A stretch of DNA of 62,915 nucleotides, filler included, from Nemertoderma westbladi (taxonomy: Eukaryota; Animalia; Xenacoelomorpha), in NCBI GenBank assembly GCA_032718475.1. It is 4 parts of 4 records of this genome, joined end to end, with 100 filler letters (N's around TTAATTAATTAA, not from the genome) between each part and the next. Parts side by side here need not be neighbours in the genome. Positions count along the whole stretch, not along the records: positions 23,246 to 38,877 come from JAUCBJ010003675.1; 3 more parts are not named here. One strand, written 5' to 3'. Each line of letters opens with the position of its first letter. Position 1 is the stretch's first letter. This document shows positions 23,246 to 36,325 of the stretch, piece by piece. The notes under the pieces were generated by a model. That model saw nothing but the letters and a program-made list of their open reading frames with translations, made no database searches and was not told the origin of the DNA. A program made the translations under genes and the position numbers.

Positions 23246-26200
23246 TGGGGGTTTAACTATAAAGGAGTTTAAGGCAACCGGTGGGTGGGTGATGGGGGTT
23301 TAACTATAAAGGAGTTTACAGCAACCGGTGGGTGGGGCTTTATCTATAAAGGAGTTTAAGGCAACTGGTTGGTGGGTGGGGGTTTATCTATAAAGGAGTT
23401 TAAGGCAACTGGTTGGTGGGTGGGGGTTTAACTATAAAGGAGTTTAAGGCAACCAGTGGGTGGGTGAGGGTTTAACTATAAAGGAGTTTAAGGCAACCAG
23501 TGGGTGGGTGGGGGTTTAACTATAAAGGAGTTTAAGGCAACCAGTGGGTGGGTGAGGGTTTAACTATAAAGGAGTTTAAGGCAACCGGTGGGTGGGTGGG
23601 TGGGGGTTTAACTATAAAGGAGTTTACAGCAACCGGTGGGTGGGGCTTTATCTATAAAGGAGTTTAAGGCAACCAGTGGGTGGGTGAGGGTTTAACTATA
23701 AAGGAGTTTAAGGCAACCAGTGGGTGGGTGAGGGTTTAACTATAAAGGAGTTTAAGGCAACCAGTGGGTGGGTGAGGGTTTAACTATAAAGGAGTTTAAG
23801 GCAACCAGTGGGTGGGTGAGGGTTTAACTATAAAGGAGTTTAAGGCAACCAGTGGGTGGGTGAGGGTTTAACTATAAAGGAGTTTAAGGCAACCGGTGGG
23901 TGGGTGGGTGGGGGTTTAACTATAAAGGAGTTTAAGGCAACCGGTGGGTGGGTGAGGGTTTAACTATAAAGGAGTTTAAGGCAACCGGTGGGTGGGTGGG
24001 GGTTTAACTATAAAGGAGTTTAAGGCAACCGGTGGGTGGGTGGGGGTTTAACTATAAAGGAGTTTAAGGCAACCAGTGGGTGGGTGAGGGTTTAACTATA
24101 AAGGAGTTTAAGGCAACCAGTGGGTGGGTGAGGGTTTAACTATAAAGGAGTTTAAGGCAACCAGTGGGTGGGTGGGGGTTTAACTATAAAGGAGTTTAAG
24201 GCAACCGGTGGGTGGGTGGGGGTTTAACTATAAAGGAGTTTAAGGCAACCGGTGGGTGGGTGGGGGTTTAACTATAAAGGAGTTTACGGCAACCGGTGGG
24301 TGGGTGCGGGTTTATCTATAAAGGAGTTTAAGGCAACCGGTGGGTGGGTGGGGGTTTAACTATAAAGGAGTTTAAGGCAACCGGTGGGTGGGTGGGGGTT
24401 TAACTATAAAGGAGTTTAAGGCAACCGGTGGGTGGGTGGGGGTTTAACTATAAAGGAGTTTAAGGCAACCGGTGGGTGGGTGGGGGTTTAACTATAAAGG
24501 AGTTTAAGGCAACCGGTGGGTGGGTGGGGGTTTATCTATAAAGGAGTTTAAGGCAACCTGGTGGGTGGGTGGGGCGTTTATCTATAAAGGAGTTTAAGGC
24601 AACCGGTGGGTGGGTGGGGGTTTAACTATAAAGGAGTTTAAGGCAACCGGTGGGTGGGTGGGGGTTTATCTATAAAGGAGTTTAAGGCAACCGGTGGGTG
24701 GGTGGGGTTTACTATAAAGGAGTTTAGGCGGGGGTTTAACTATAAAGGAGTTTAAGGCAACCGGTGGGTGGGTGCGGGGGTTTAACTATAAAGGAGTTTA
24801 AGGCAACCGGTGGGTGGGTGGCGGGTTTATCTATAAAGGAGTTTAAGGCAACTGGTTGGGTGGGTGGGGGTTTAACTATAAAGGAGTTTAAGGCAACCGG
24901 TGGGTGGGTGGGGGTTTAACTATAAAGGAGTTTATGGCAACCGGTGGGTGGGTGAGGGTTTAACTATAAAGGAGTTTACGGCAACCGGTGGGTGGGTGGG
25001 GGTTTAACTATAAAGGAGTTTAAGGCAACCGGTGGGTGGGTGAGGGTTTAACTATAAAGGAGTTTAAGGCAACCGGTGGGTGGGGGTTTAACTTTAAAGG
25101 AGTTTACGGCAACCGGTGTGTAGGTGGGGGTTTAACTACTGTATAAAGGAGTTTACGGCAACCGGTGGGTGGGTGGGGCTTTATCTATAAAGGAGTTTAA
25201 GACAACCGGTGGGTGCGTGGGGGTTTATCTATAATGGAGTTTAACGGCAACCGGTGGGTGGGCGGGGGTTTATCTATAAAGGAGTTTAAGGCAACCGTGG
25301 GTGGGTGGGGGTTTAACTATAAAGGAGTTTAAGGCAACCGGTGGGTGGTGGGGTTTAACTATAAAGGAGTTTATGGCAACCGGTGGGTGGGTGGGGGTTT
25401 AACTATAAAGGAGTTTAAGGCAACCGTGGGTGGGTGAGGGTTTACTATAAAGGAGTTTAAGGCAACCGTGGGTGGGGGGTTTAACTATAAAGGAGTTTAA
25501 GGCAACCGGTGGGTGGGTGGGGGTTTAACTATAAAGGAGTTTAAGGCAACCGGTGGGTGGGTGGGGCTTTATCTATAAAGGAGTTTAAGGCAACCGGTGG
25601 GTGGGTGAGGGTTTAACTATAAAGGAGTTTAAGGCAACCAGTGGGTGGGTGGGGTTTATCTATAAAGGAGTTTAAGGCAACCGGTGGGTGGGTGGGGGTT
25701 TAACTATAAAGGAGTTTAAGGCAACCGGTGGGTGGGGGGCTTTATCTATAAAGGAGTTTATGGCAACCGGTGGGTGGGTGGGGGTTTAACTATAAAGGAG
25801 TTTAGGCAACCGGTGGGTGGGTGGGGGTTTAACTATAAAGGAGTTTAAGGCAACCGGTGGGTGGGTGGGGGTTTAACTATAAAGGAGTTTAAGGCAACCG
25901 GTGGGTGGGGGTTTAACTATAAAGGAGTTTACGGCAACCGGTGTGGTGGGTGGGGGTTTAACTACTGTATAAAGGAGTTTACGGCAACCGGTGGGTGGGT
26001 GGGGGTTTATCTATAAAGGAGTTTAAGGCAACCGGTGGGTGCGTGGGGGTTTATCTATAAAGGAGTTTAACGGCAACCGGTGGGTGGGCGGGGGTTTAAC
26101 TATAAAGGAGTTTAAGGCAACCGGTGGGTGCGTGGGGGTTTAACTATAAAGGAGTTTACGGCAACCGGTGGTGGTGGGGGTTTAACTATAAAGGAGTTTA

Positions 26201-29200
26201 AGGCAACCGGTGGGTGGGTGGGGTTTATCTATAAAGGAGTTTAAGGCAACCGGTGGGTGGGTGGGGGTTTATCTATAAAGGAGTTTAAGGCAACCGGTGG
26301 GTGGGGGGGTTTAACTATAAAGGAGTTTAAGGCAACCGGTGGGTGGGTGGGGGTTTAACTATAAAGGAGTTTAAGGCAACCGGTGGGTGGGTGGGGGTTT
26401 AACTATAAAGGAGTTTAAGGCAACCAGTGGGTGGGTGGGGGTTTAATCTATAAAGGAGTTTAAGGCAACCGGTGGGTGGGTGGGGGTTTAACTATAAAGG
26501 AGTTTAAGGCAACCGGTGGGTGGGTGGGGGTTTAACTATAAAGGAGTTTAAGGCAACCGGTGGGTGGGTGGGGGTTTAACTATAAAGGAGTTTAAGGCAA
26601 CCGGTGGGTGGGTGGGGTTTAACTATAAAGGAGTTTAAGGCAACCGGTGGGTGGGTGGGGGTTTAACTATAAAGGAGTTTAAGGCAACCGGTGGGTGCGT
26701 GGGGGTTTAACTATAAAGGAGTTTAAGGCAACCGGTGGGTGGGTGGGGGTTTAACTATAAAGGAGTTTAAGGCAACCGGTGGGTGGGTGGGGGTTTAATC
26801 TATAAAGGAGTTTACGGCAACCGGTGGGTGGGTGGGGGTTTATCTATAAAGGAGTTTAAGGCAACTGGTGGGTGCGTGGGGGTTTATCTATAAAGGAGTT
26901 TAAGGCAACCGGTGGGTGGGCGGGGGTTTAACTATAAAGGAGTTTAAGGCAACCGGTGGGTGGGTGGGTGGGGTTTAACTATAAAGGAGTTTAAGGCAAC
27001 CGGTGGGTGGGGGTTTAACTATAAAGGAGTTTAAGGCAACCGGTGGGTGGGTGGGGGTTTATCTATAAAGGAGTTTAAGGCAACCGGTGGGTGGGTGGGG
27101 CTTTATCTATAAAGGAGTTTAAGGCAACCGGTGGGTGGGTGGGGGTTTAACTATAAAGGAGTTTAAGGCAACCGGTGGGTGGGGGTTTAACTATAAAGGA
27201 GTTTATGGCAACCGGTGTGGTGGGTGGGGGTTTAATCTATAAAGGAGTTTACGGCAACCGGTGGGTGGGTGGGGGTTTAACTATAAAGGAGTTTAAGGCA
27301 ACCGGTGGGTGGGTGAGGGGGTTTAACTATAAAGGAGTTTAAGGCAACCGGTGGGTGGGGGGTTTAACTATAAAGGAGTTTACGGCAACCGGTGTGTAGG
27401 TGGGGGTTTAACTACTGTATAAAGGAGTTTACGGCAACCGGTGGGTGGGTGGGGGTTTATCTATAAAGGAGTTTAAGACAACCGGTGGGTGCGTGGGGGT
27501 TTATCTATAATGGAGTTTAACGGCAACCGGTGGGTGGGCGGGGGTTTAACTATAAAGGAGTTTAAGGCAACCGGTGGGTGCGTGGGGGTTTAACTATAAA
27601 GGAGTTTACGGCAACCGGTTGGGTGGGTGGGGGTTTAACTATAAAGGAGTTTAAGGCAACCGGTGGGTGGGTGGGGGTTTAACTATAAAGGAGTTTAAGG
27701 CAACCGGTGGGTGGGTGGGGGTTTATCTATAATGGAGTTTAACGGCAACCGGTGGGTGGGCGGGGGTTTAACTATAAAGGAGTTTAAGGCAACCGGTGGG
27801 TGCGTGGGGGTTTAACTATAAAGGAGTTTACGGCAACCGTTGGGTGGTTGGGGGTTTCACTATAAAGGAGTTTAAGGCAACCGGTGGGTGGGTGGCGGTT
27901 TAACTACTGTATAAAGGAGTTTACGGTAACTGGTGGGTGGGTGGGGGTTTATCTATAAGGAGTTTAAGGCGGGGGTTTATCTATAAAGGAGTTTACGGCA
28001 ACCAGTGGTGGGTGGGTGGGTGAGGGTTTATCTATAAAGGAGTTTAAGGCAACCGGTGAGGGTGGGGGTTTAACTTTAAAGGAGTTTACGGCAACCAGTG
28101 GGTGGGTGGGTGGGGGTTTAACTATAAAGGAGTTTAAGGCAACCGGTGGGTGCATGGGGGTTTAACTATAAAGGAGTTTAAGGCAACCCGTGGGTGGGGG
28201 TTTAACTTTAAAGGAGTTTACGGCAACCGGTGGGTGGGATGATGGGGGTTCAACTATAAAGGAGTTTAAGGCAACCGGTGGGTGGGGGTTTAACTTTAAA
28301 GGAGTTTAAGGCAACTGGTGGGTGGGGGTTTAACTTTAAAGGAGTTTACGGCAACCGGTGGGTGGGATGATGGGGGTTTAACTATAAAGGAGTTTAAGGC
28401 AACCGGTGGGTGGGGGTTTAACTTTAAAGGAGTTTACGGCAACCGGTGTGTAGGTGGGGGTTTAACTACTGTATAAAGGAGTTTATGGCAACCGGTGTGT
28501 AGGTGGGGGTTTAACTTCTGTATAAAGGAGTTTATGGCAACCGGTGGGTGGGTGGGGGTTTAACTATAAAGGAGTTTAAGGCAACCGGTGGGTGCGTGGG
28601 GGTTTATCTATAAAGGAGTTTAAGGCAACTGATTGGTGGTGGGGCTTTATCTATAAAGGAGTTTACGGCGGGGGTTTATCTATAACGGAGTTTACGGCGG
28701 GGGTTTATCTATAAAGGAGTTTAAGGCAACCGGTGGGTGGGTGGGGGTTTAACTATAAAGGAGTTTAAGGCAACCGGTGGGTGCGTGGGGGTTTATCTAT
28801 AAAGTAGTTTAAGGCAACTGGTGGGTGGGTGGGGCTTTATCTATAAAGGAGTTTACGGCGGGGGTTTATCTATAAAGGAGTTTACGGCGGGGGTTTATCT
28901 ATAAAGGAGTTTAAGGCAACCGGTGGGTGGGTGGGTGGGGGTTTAACTATAAAGGAGTTTAAGGCAACCGGTGGGTGCGTGGGGGTTTATCTATAAAGGA
29001 GTTTACGGCGGGGGTTTATCTATAAAGGAGTTTACGGCGGGGGTTTATCTATAAAGGAGTTTAAGGCAACTGGTGGGTGGGTGGGGGTTTAACTATAAAG
29101 GAGTTTAAGGCAACCGGTGGGTGGGTGGGGGTTTAACTATAAAGGAGTTTACGGCAACCAGTGGGTGGGGCTTTATCTATAAAGGAGTTTAAGGCAACTG

Positions 29201-31350
29201 GTGGGTGGGTGGGCGGGGGTTTAACTATAAAGGAGTTTAAGGCAACTGGTGGGTGGGTGGGTGGGGGTTTAACTATAAAGGAGTTTAAGGCAACCGGTGG
29301 GTGCGTGGGGGTTTATCTATAAAGGAGTTTAAGGCAACTGGTGGGTGGGTGGGGCTTTATCTATAAAGGAGTTTAAGGCAACTGGTGGGTGGGTGGGTGG
29401 GGGTTTAACTATAAAGGAGTTTAAGGCAACCGGTGGGTGCGTGGGGGTTTATCTATAAAGGAATTTACGGCGGGGGGTTTATCTATAAAGGAGTTTAAGG
29501 CAACTGGTGGGTGGGTGGGTGGGGGTTTAACTATAAAGGAGTTTAAGGCAACTGGTGGGTGGGTGGGTGGGTGGGGGTTTAACTATAAAGGAGTTTAAGG
29601 CAACCAGTGGGTGCGTGGGGGTTTATCTATAAAGGAATTTACGGCGGGGGTTTATCTATAAAGGAGTTTAAGGCAACTGGTGGGTGGGTGGGTGGGGGTT
29701 TAACTATAAAGGAGTTTAAGGCAACTGGTGGGTGGGTGGGTGGGGGTTTAACTATATAGGAGTTTACTGCAACCGGTAGGTGGGTGGGGGTTTAACTATA
29801 AAGGAGTTTAAGGCAACTGGTGGGTGCGTGGGGGTTTAACTATAAAGGAGTTTAAGGCAACCGATGGGTGCGTGGGGGTTTAACTATAAAGTAGTTTATG
29901 GCAACCGGTGGGTGGGTGGGTGGGGGTTTAACTATAAAGGAGTTTAAGGCAACCGGTGGGTGCGTGGGGGTTTAACTATAAAGGAGTTTAAGGCAACCGG
30001 TGGGTGCGTGGGGGTTTAACTATAAAGGAGTTTAAGGCAACCGGTGGGTGCGTGGGGGTTTAACTATAAAGGAGTTTAAGGCAACCTAACCGGTGGGTGC
30101 GTGGGGGTTTAACTATAAAGGAGTTTAAGGCAACCGGTGGGTGGGTGGCGGTTTAACTATAAAGGAGTTTACGGCAACCGGTGAGCTGGTGGGGGTTTAA
30201 CTATAAAGGAGTTTAAGGCAACTGGTGGGTGGGTGGGGCTTTATCTATAAAGGAATTTACAGCAACTGGTGGGTGGGTGGGGCTTTATCTATAAAGGAGT
30301 TTAAGGCAACCGGTGGGTGGGATGATGGGGGTTTAACTATAAAGGAGTTTACGGCAACCGGTGGGTGGGTGGGGTTTAACTATAAAGGAGTTTAAGGCAA
30401 CCGGTGGGTGAGGCTTTATCTATAAAGGAGTTTAAGGCAACTGGTTGGTGGGTGGGTGGGGGTTTATCTATAAAGGAGTTTAAGGCAACCGGTGGGTGGG
30501 TGGGGGTTTATCTATAATGGAGTTTAACGGCAACCGGTGGGTGGGGGTTTAACTTTAAAGGAGTTTAAGGCAACCAGTGGGTGGGTGGGGGTTTAACTAT
30601 AAAGGAGTTTAAGGCAACCGGTGGGTGGGGGTTTATCTATAATGGAGTTTAACGGCAACCGGTGGGCGGGGGTTTAACTATAAAGGAGTTTAAGGCAACC
30701 AGTGGGTGGGTGGGGGTTTAACTATAAAGGAGTTTAAGGCAACCGGTGGGTGGGTGGGGGTTTAACTATAAAGGAGTTTACGGCAACCGGTGTGTAGGTG
30801 GGGGTTTATCATTAAAGGAGTTGATGGCAACTGGTGGGTGGGTGGGCGGGGGTTTATCATTAAAGGAGTTTAAGGCAACCGGTGGGTGGGGGTTTAACTA
30901 TAAATGAGTTTAAGGCAACCGGTGGGTGGGTGGGGGTTTAACTATAAAGGAGTTTAAGGCAACCGGTGGGTGGGTGGGGGTTTAACTATAAAGGAGTTTA
31001 CGGCAACCGGTGTGTAGGTGGGGGTTTATCATTAAAGGAGTTGATGGCAACTGGTGGGTGTGTAGGTGGGGGTTTATCATTAAAGGAGCTTAAGGCAACC
31101 GGTGGGTGGGGGTTTAACTATAAATGAGTTTAAGGCAACCGGTGGGTGGGTGGGTGGTAGTTTAACTATAAAGGAGTTTAAGGCAACCGGTGGGTGGGTG
31201 AGGGTTTATCATTAAAGGAGTTTAAGGCAACTGGTGGGTGGGAGAGGGTTTAACTATAAATGAGTTTAAGGCAACCGGTGGGTGGGTGGGGGTTTATCTA
31301 TAATGGAGTTTAACGGCAACCGGTGGGTGGGTGGGTGGGGGGTTTAACTA
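23246..31350. repeat. About 44-bp G-rich minisatellite (at least 8.1 kb, roughly 185-190 units), probably intronic in flotillin-2
   Basis: Unit GGGGGTTTAACTATAAAGGAGTTTAAGGCAACCGGTGGGTGGGT with variable GGGT number; runs off the contig start. Confidence 0.98.
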
Positions 31351-31538
31351 CAGTATATAGGAGTTTATACTTATACTGTTACTGTATTAACGATGAAAAA
31401 TTAGACGACAACGACGGCAGGCAATTCTTTAAAGTTACCCATATGCTAAGGCTTCGCCCATTCGTGGCTCGCCCCACAATACTGTATACAATTAATTCAG
31501 GTAAGTTTTAATTTATTTTTTAACTATTTTTTTCGCAG

Positions 31539-31960
31539 TTAAACTGCCAGCGGAGGCCCAGAGCTACCAGCTGGAGGTCCTGGCTGATGGGCAACGGACG
31601 CAAACAGTGGAACTAGCGAGGGGCGAGGCGCGACGCACGGTGTTGGAGGGCGGTGCCCAGGCAGCTGCGATAGCGGGGGTAGGGAGTGCGGTCGCGGTGG
31701 GGATGCGCGTTAGAGCAGCGGCCTACGGCAAGTACGGAACGGCTGGCAAACAAGCGATGGTGTTGGAAGCGATGCCGCAGCTAGCAGCGGAGCTGGCGGC
31801 CCCGTTACGGCGGGTAGACGAGTTGGTAATACTGGGGGGCCAGGGGGTCACGGAAGGGGAAGTGGCCCGGTTACTAGCAGGGATACCCCCTGCGGTGGCA
31901 GCGTTAACTGGCGTCGATGTGTCTGGGTCTATCGCAAAGGTGTTAGGCAGTAAAGGATGA
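31539..31960 (+). CDS. FLOT2: Flotillin-2 (reggie-1) terminal coding exon, partial gene
   Basis: T-rich acceptor TTTTTTTCGCAG ending at 31538. Translation (V)KLPAEAQSYQLEVLADGQR...AYGKYG...MVLEAMPQLAAELAAPLRRVDELVIL...EVARLLAGIPPAVAALTGVDVS matches the flotillin-2 C-terminus. Stop TGA at 31958-31960. Confidence 0.9.
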
Positions 31961-32825
31961 TCGTCTGACGCACAATTGACGGACAAACCGTCAATTTCAT
32001 TTTATTGTCGTTTTAGCCGAAATTAACATCTGTAAAGAACTTGCGACATCAGTTCATATACTGTATGAAACATTTGAGTCATACTGTATACTCATGTAGG
32101 GCTACATTATATTAGTCGGTTCTTTACATTTTTGTTAGGAAGAGATTTTTAAAGTGTATAAGTTTTATAATTTATATATATTTATTGCAGTTTCAGTACA
32201 GTAAGTTTTTAATTTCCTGATTTATACTGTATTTTATTTTTCTGGTTGTAATTCTGTCACTCTACATAAGAAATCTAGACAAATATTGCTAAGGTGAGGT
32301 GTCAATTTATAATTGGTTTTGGAATTTTACTAAAGTGATTCTATTAGTAAAGGATTACAAATAAAGAAAGGAATATTACCCTAAATGTAAAACGGATTTT
32401 TAAGTATTCCACAACCACATGCATGAACAGTAAGGTTGTATCGTATGTCTCTTGAAACCATGTTAAAAAACATAAAGCCGGCCTAGAGTGCAGAATCTTA
32501 AATGTTTAGCCTTATGTATGTTTTTTTTTTACTTTCAAGTCTCATATATTTACAAATCTAGTACATTTACAAACCTTATGTACATATGTACTACTGTAGT
32601 CTTCAGTCAGTAGTAAACGTACAGTATGTACACAGTAAGAATATAATGTAAATAAGTAGGCAATATAATAACAACACAAATTAAATTGTAGTAAGGAAAG
32701 CTTGAAAAGTTGATAATTATAATTAATTTATATTTATATTTAACGTCAAGCTACTAATAGTAAAAAACCGTACCGGTAGGTACAGTATGTACAACAAGTA
32801 AATAAAAATCGACTGGAGACCCAGA

Positions 32826-33083
32826 CATGCATGTACTGTAATAGTAATCAGCTGACTGCAGACAGCTGATCGGTAGGTTTTGCCCAAATACAGCGGGCTT
32901 TCTCAGGAAGCTCAAGCTAGCAGGGTATGTATCAGCCCCATCACACTTTGCCTGTTCTTCTCCTTTGGGAACTTCACTCTACTGTCGTCCTGCTAGCTTG
33001 AGCATCCTGAGAAAGCCCGCTGTATTGGGGCGAAACCTACCGCTCAGCTGTCTGCAGTTAGCTGATCACTATTACATGCATGT
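32826..33083. mobile_element. Fold-back MITE / long inverted repeat
   Basis: Arms of about 90-95 bp (TAATAGTAATCAGCTGACTGCAGACAGCTG...CAAGCTAGCAGG and its reverse complement) around a loop of about 65 bp. Confidence 0.85.
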
Positions 33084-34603
33084 ATGGGTATCTAGTCGAT
33101 TTTTATTTACTTGTTGTTGTAAGCGGATTCAATTCCCTGCACTACCCAGCGGAAAGTGGGCAAAGTGGCATTTTACCAATTATAGTTGGGAAGGTGACAT
33201 TACCAATGATAATGTCACCTAATAACCAACTCAGGCGATACACATCGCCAGCCACAAAGAAAGTTGAGAGGTCATAAACCACCTCAGAGGGACAAAGGGG
33301 CTAGCAAGTGTGGATAGTGGCAGCAGGGAGTGGCGAGATGGAAATTAATTAGGTTAGCCAATGATGGGAGGGGAAAACAGCTGATTGGAACGCATCTATT
33401 GGCCAAGCTGCTCAGTACAGTAGGAGTAACTAATATGTGTTAACAATATAACCGTTGTACTTGTGGATTATGATTCAGATGGTATCTGTAGAGTTGTGAG
33501 ACCGGAACGGTTTTTAACCGTCGTCATTACCGTGCTATTATATTCTGACTGTGCTATTACAGTATTATGTTCTGACATAATAACAGCTGACACTAAAACC
33601 TCAGTTATTCCTACGGCCTCAATATCCAGACCACAGCCTTTCAGCAGCCTACGGACGCGGCGACGCGTATAGTTCCAAACAACACACCGGTCGGGGTTTA
33701 GAAACCAAGTCCTAGATCCCGCCACAGTTGTACTATACCTACCGGTACGGTTTTTTACTATTAGTATCTTGACGTTAAAAATAAATATAAATAAAATATA
33801 GCAAATTAAATTGTTCATTAATCTACGAGTAAATAGCTTCACTCCCTGAAAGTATACAGTAAAGGAAGTCCCATAGCACGTCATTAAATAATAACATATC
33901 ACAGTTACTGAATAAAGCAATCATTTTGTTACTACTGTTGACAATATTACCTACTGGACCCCCATCATGTATATAGAGTGATTATCTACTAACTGATATC
34001 CACTGCAAATCCGAGAATTACAATAAACTAACCTGGAAGTGCAGTAAATACCATTCTCCGTTTTCGAGGAAATAGTCGGTATCGCCAACCCAGTTCTGTG
34101 GCCAAAGATCTATTTGATCTTGAGTGTGAGTCCAAGACATCAGAGTAAAATTACATTTCTAAAAATAAAATAAAAACATTCCAGTATCATTGTCACATTG
34201 TATGGTCACATTGTTTTGATTTTTTGAATGTCTTAAAACACTTTAATCGTAGAATAGTGCATACAGTGTAGGGCCCAAGTTATTTTAGTGCAGTAACTGT
34301 AGACAGTTAAATTATTTTATTCGTATATTAAATATTTGGGCTCGTATTCTGACACGGGATACATTAATCAGGGTATTATAAATATTTTTGTTAAGCTGGC
34401 ATAGCATCTAAATGTGCAGCTTCAATAGGCCGATTATACAGTAGATTGCGGCGAGTAGTACATTATTTATTTCCACTCTCACAACCGCAATCTGGATGGT
34501 GACTACCTCCCTATCACACGCTGTGTAATATTGCACTGTATGTGGGGTTCATATACTGTACCTACTGTAGGTACCTATAGGCCTACTGTATCAATTACCA
34601 ATT

Positions 34604-35447
34604 GTGGCTGGCCACGAGAAAAGGGACCTTATGTCGCAAAACCTGATTCTGAGATAATCGCGTTTAAAGTTTCCCTCTATTTTTGAACAAATTTAATTGG
34701 ATTATCGATTTAGAAATGTATAAAACGATGAGGGAAATTCAAATTGGTTCTGATATTCAATATACCTAGGAAATAACTAATTACAGGTAGCAATATAAGA
34801 TGTTGCAGTGTTGTATATAACACTGTCTTAGGGTTTTCATGTCTGAATTTAGGACTGTAATAAATTGTAATTGTACTACTGTAATATGTAGGTACTGTAG
34901 TCCTACAGTTATTTTTTAAATGCAATATGGCTGTCATTTCCTTAATTTATCTTCGTTAGTTCTTAAATTTTGTAATCCCAATAAAGAATTCAAAATACAA
35001 ATAATTTTAAATTTTGTTAAAAAAATTTATCTTTTTGAAAAAACTTTAAATGAAAAAAAAAATTTTTTTGGTTACATGTTTTTTTGAAAATTTTGCAAAA
35101 ATTTTTTTAAATAGTTCATGAACAATATTAATAGTTTCAAAGTGTTAAAAGTTGTATAAAAAGCCGAATAACATTGAGCTGCCTAACTATATAGTAAGAA
35201 TTGCTATGATATTATTAATATTTTCCATTTTTTTTAATAATCGCTTATTATAACCGCTGCGCTATTAATAAAACATTTTTTGCTACCCGATTCACCTTCA
35301 CATAAATCGCTATAACTTTTTTTTAGAAATAGATATTGAGACACCGTTTTTTTTGTTAAAATCTCTGGAAAATTCTGCATCTCATAGGCCTAATAACTCA
35401 AAATCGACCTCCGGTGACATAAGGTCCCTTTTCTCGTGGCCAGCCAC
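34604..35447. mobile_element. Non-autonomous TIR element with AATT TSD (Sola-like; Academ also possible)
   Basis: Perfect TIR GTGGCTGGCCACGAGAAAAGGGACCTTATGTC / GACATAAGGTCCCTTTTCTCGTGGCCAGCCAC, with AATT on both sides. Confidence 0.85.
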
Positions 35448-35595
35448 AATTATTGTTTTAATTTGTCTTCTCTAAATAATATGTTTTTATTTGAAAAATT
35501 CAATTTTTCTCACTAATATTTTAAAAAATGAGTTAATTAATCCACGAATTTTCCAGAAATTAGTTAAAAAAATAAAAAATTTGTGATAGAAAGAC

Positions 35596-36325
35596 TTTTA
35601 TTCTTAAATTGTTACTTTTTGGCTCGAATATACCCCAACATCTGGAGAAAAGTGGTACTTTTTTCCCTAGGGAAAAAAGTAATTCAAAGGATTGCATTAA
35701 ATTAACTTTTTTCCGGCAACAAAAATAAAATAAAATATTTTTGGTGGAATTTGTTAAATTTTATTACACGTGTTGAAGTAGAAAAGGTTTGGGAGTAATT
35801 TGAGCAAAATCCATTCATACACTCAAAAGTTATGGCAAAGGCTACTGACCGCCATTGCTCAATTGTCCGGACCCATTGCCATTTAAAGGAGCAGGTTACA
35901 GAGGTGTGTTGGGGAACCAAAGTCACAAAGTTGAGGTAATAAATGTCCGGCCAATAATACACAAGTAAAATATAAATCAAATATAAATAAGCTTCAAGTA
36001 AGTAGAGGGTCGGGTCAGTAGCCACTGGAGTTATCGGAACTTTAGTGCTGCAAGACGTACTCCAAAACGGAACTCAATACCCAATATTGGTTTATGTTAA
36101 GCGGCTCTCTACATGTAGTTATGTAATAAATATTCGAGAACACTAAATTATTATAACATTGAGTAAGGCAGCATCAGGTGTTGAAGAGTAAATTAATTTG
36201 AATCGCAGTAACTATGGAAACAATATTGTAAAATACTAAAGTTCAATTTATTTTGTAACACTATACAGTATCGCTCTAACTTTAAAGATTTAAGCAACAA
36301 AAAAGTACCAATTTAAGATAAAATT
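35596..36325 (+). repeat. Dispersed repeat family copy A (non-autonomous element)
   Basis: Shares GTAGAAAAGGTTTG..TAATTTGAGCAAAATCCATTCA and AACATTGAGTAAGGCAGCATCAGG blocks with 52278-52850 (+) and 42922-43400 (-). Short inverted ends AAATTGTTACTTTT / AAAAGTACCAATTT. Confidence 0.85.

Noticed and set aside
23246-31350. Telomeric repeat
   Set aside because: The unit is 44 bp rather than a short telomerase repeat, the G-rich strand points into the contig, and a spliced exon follows.
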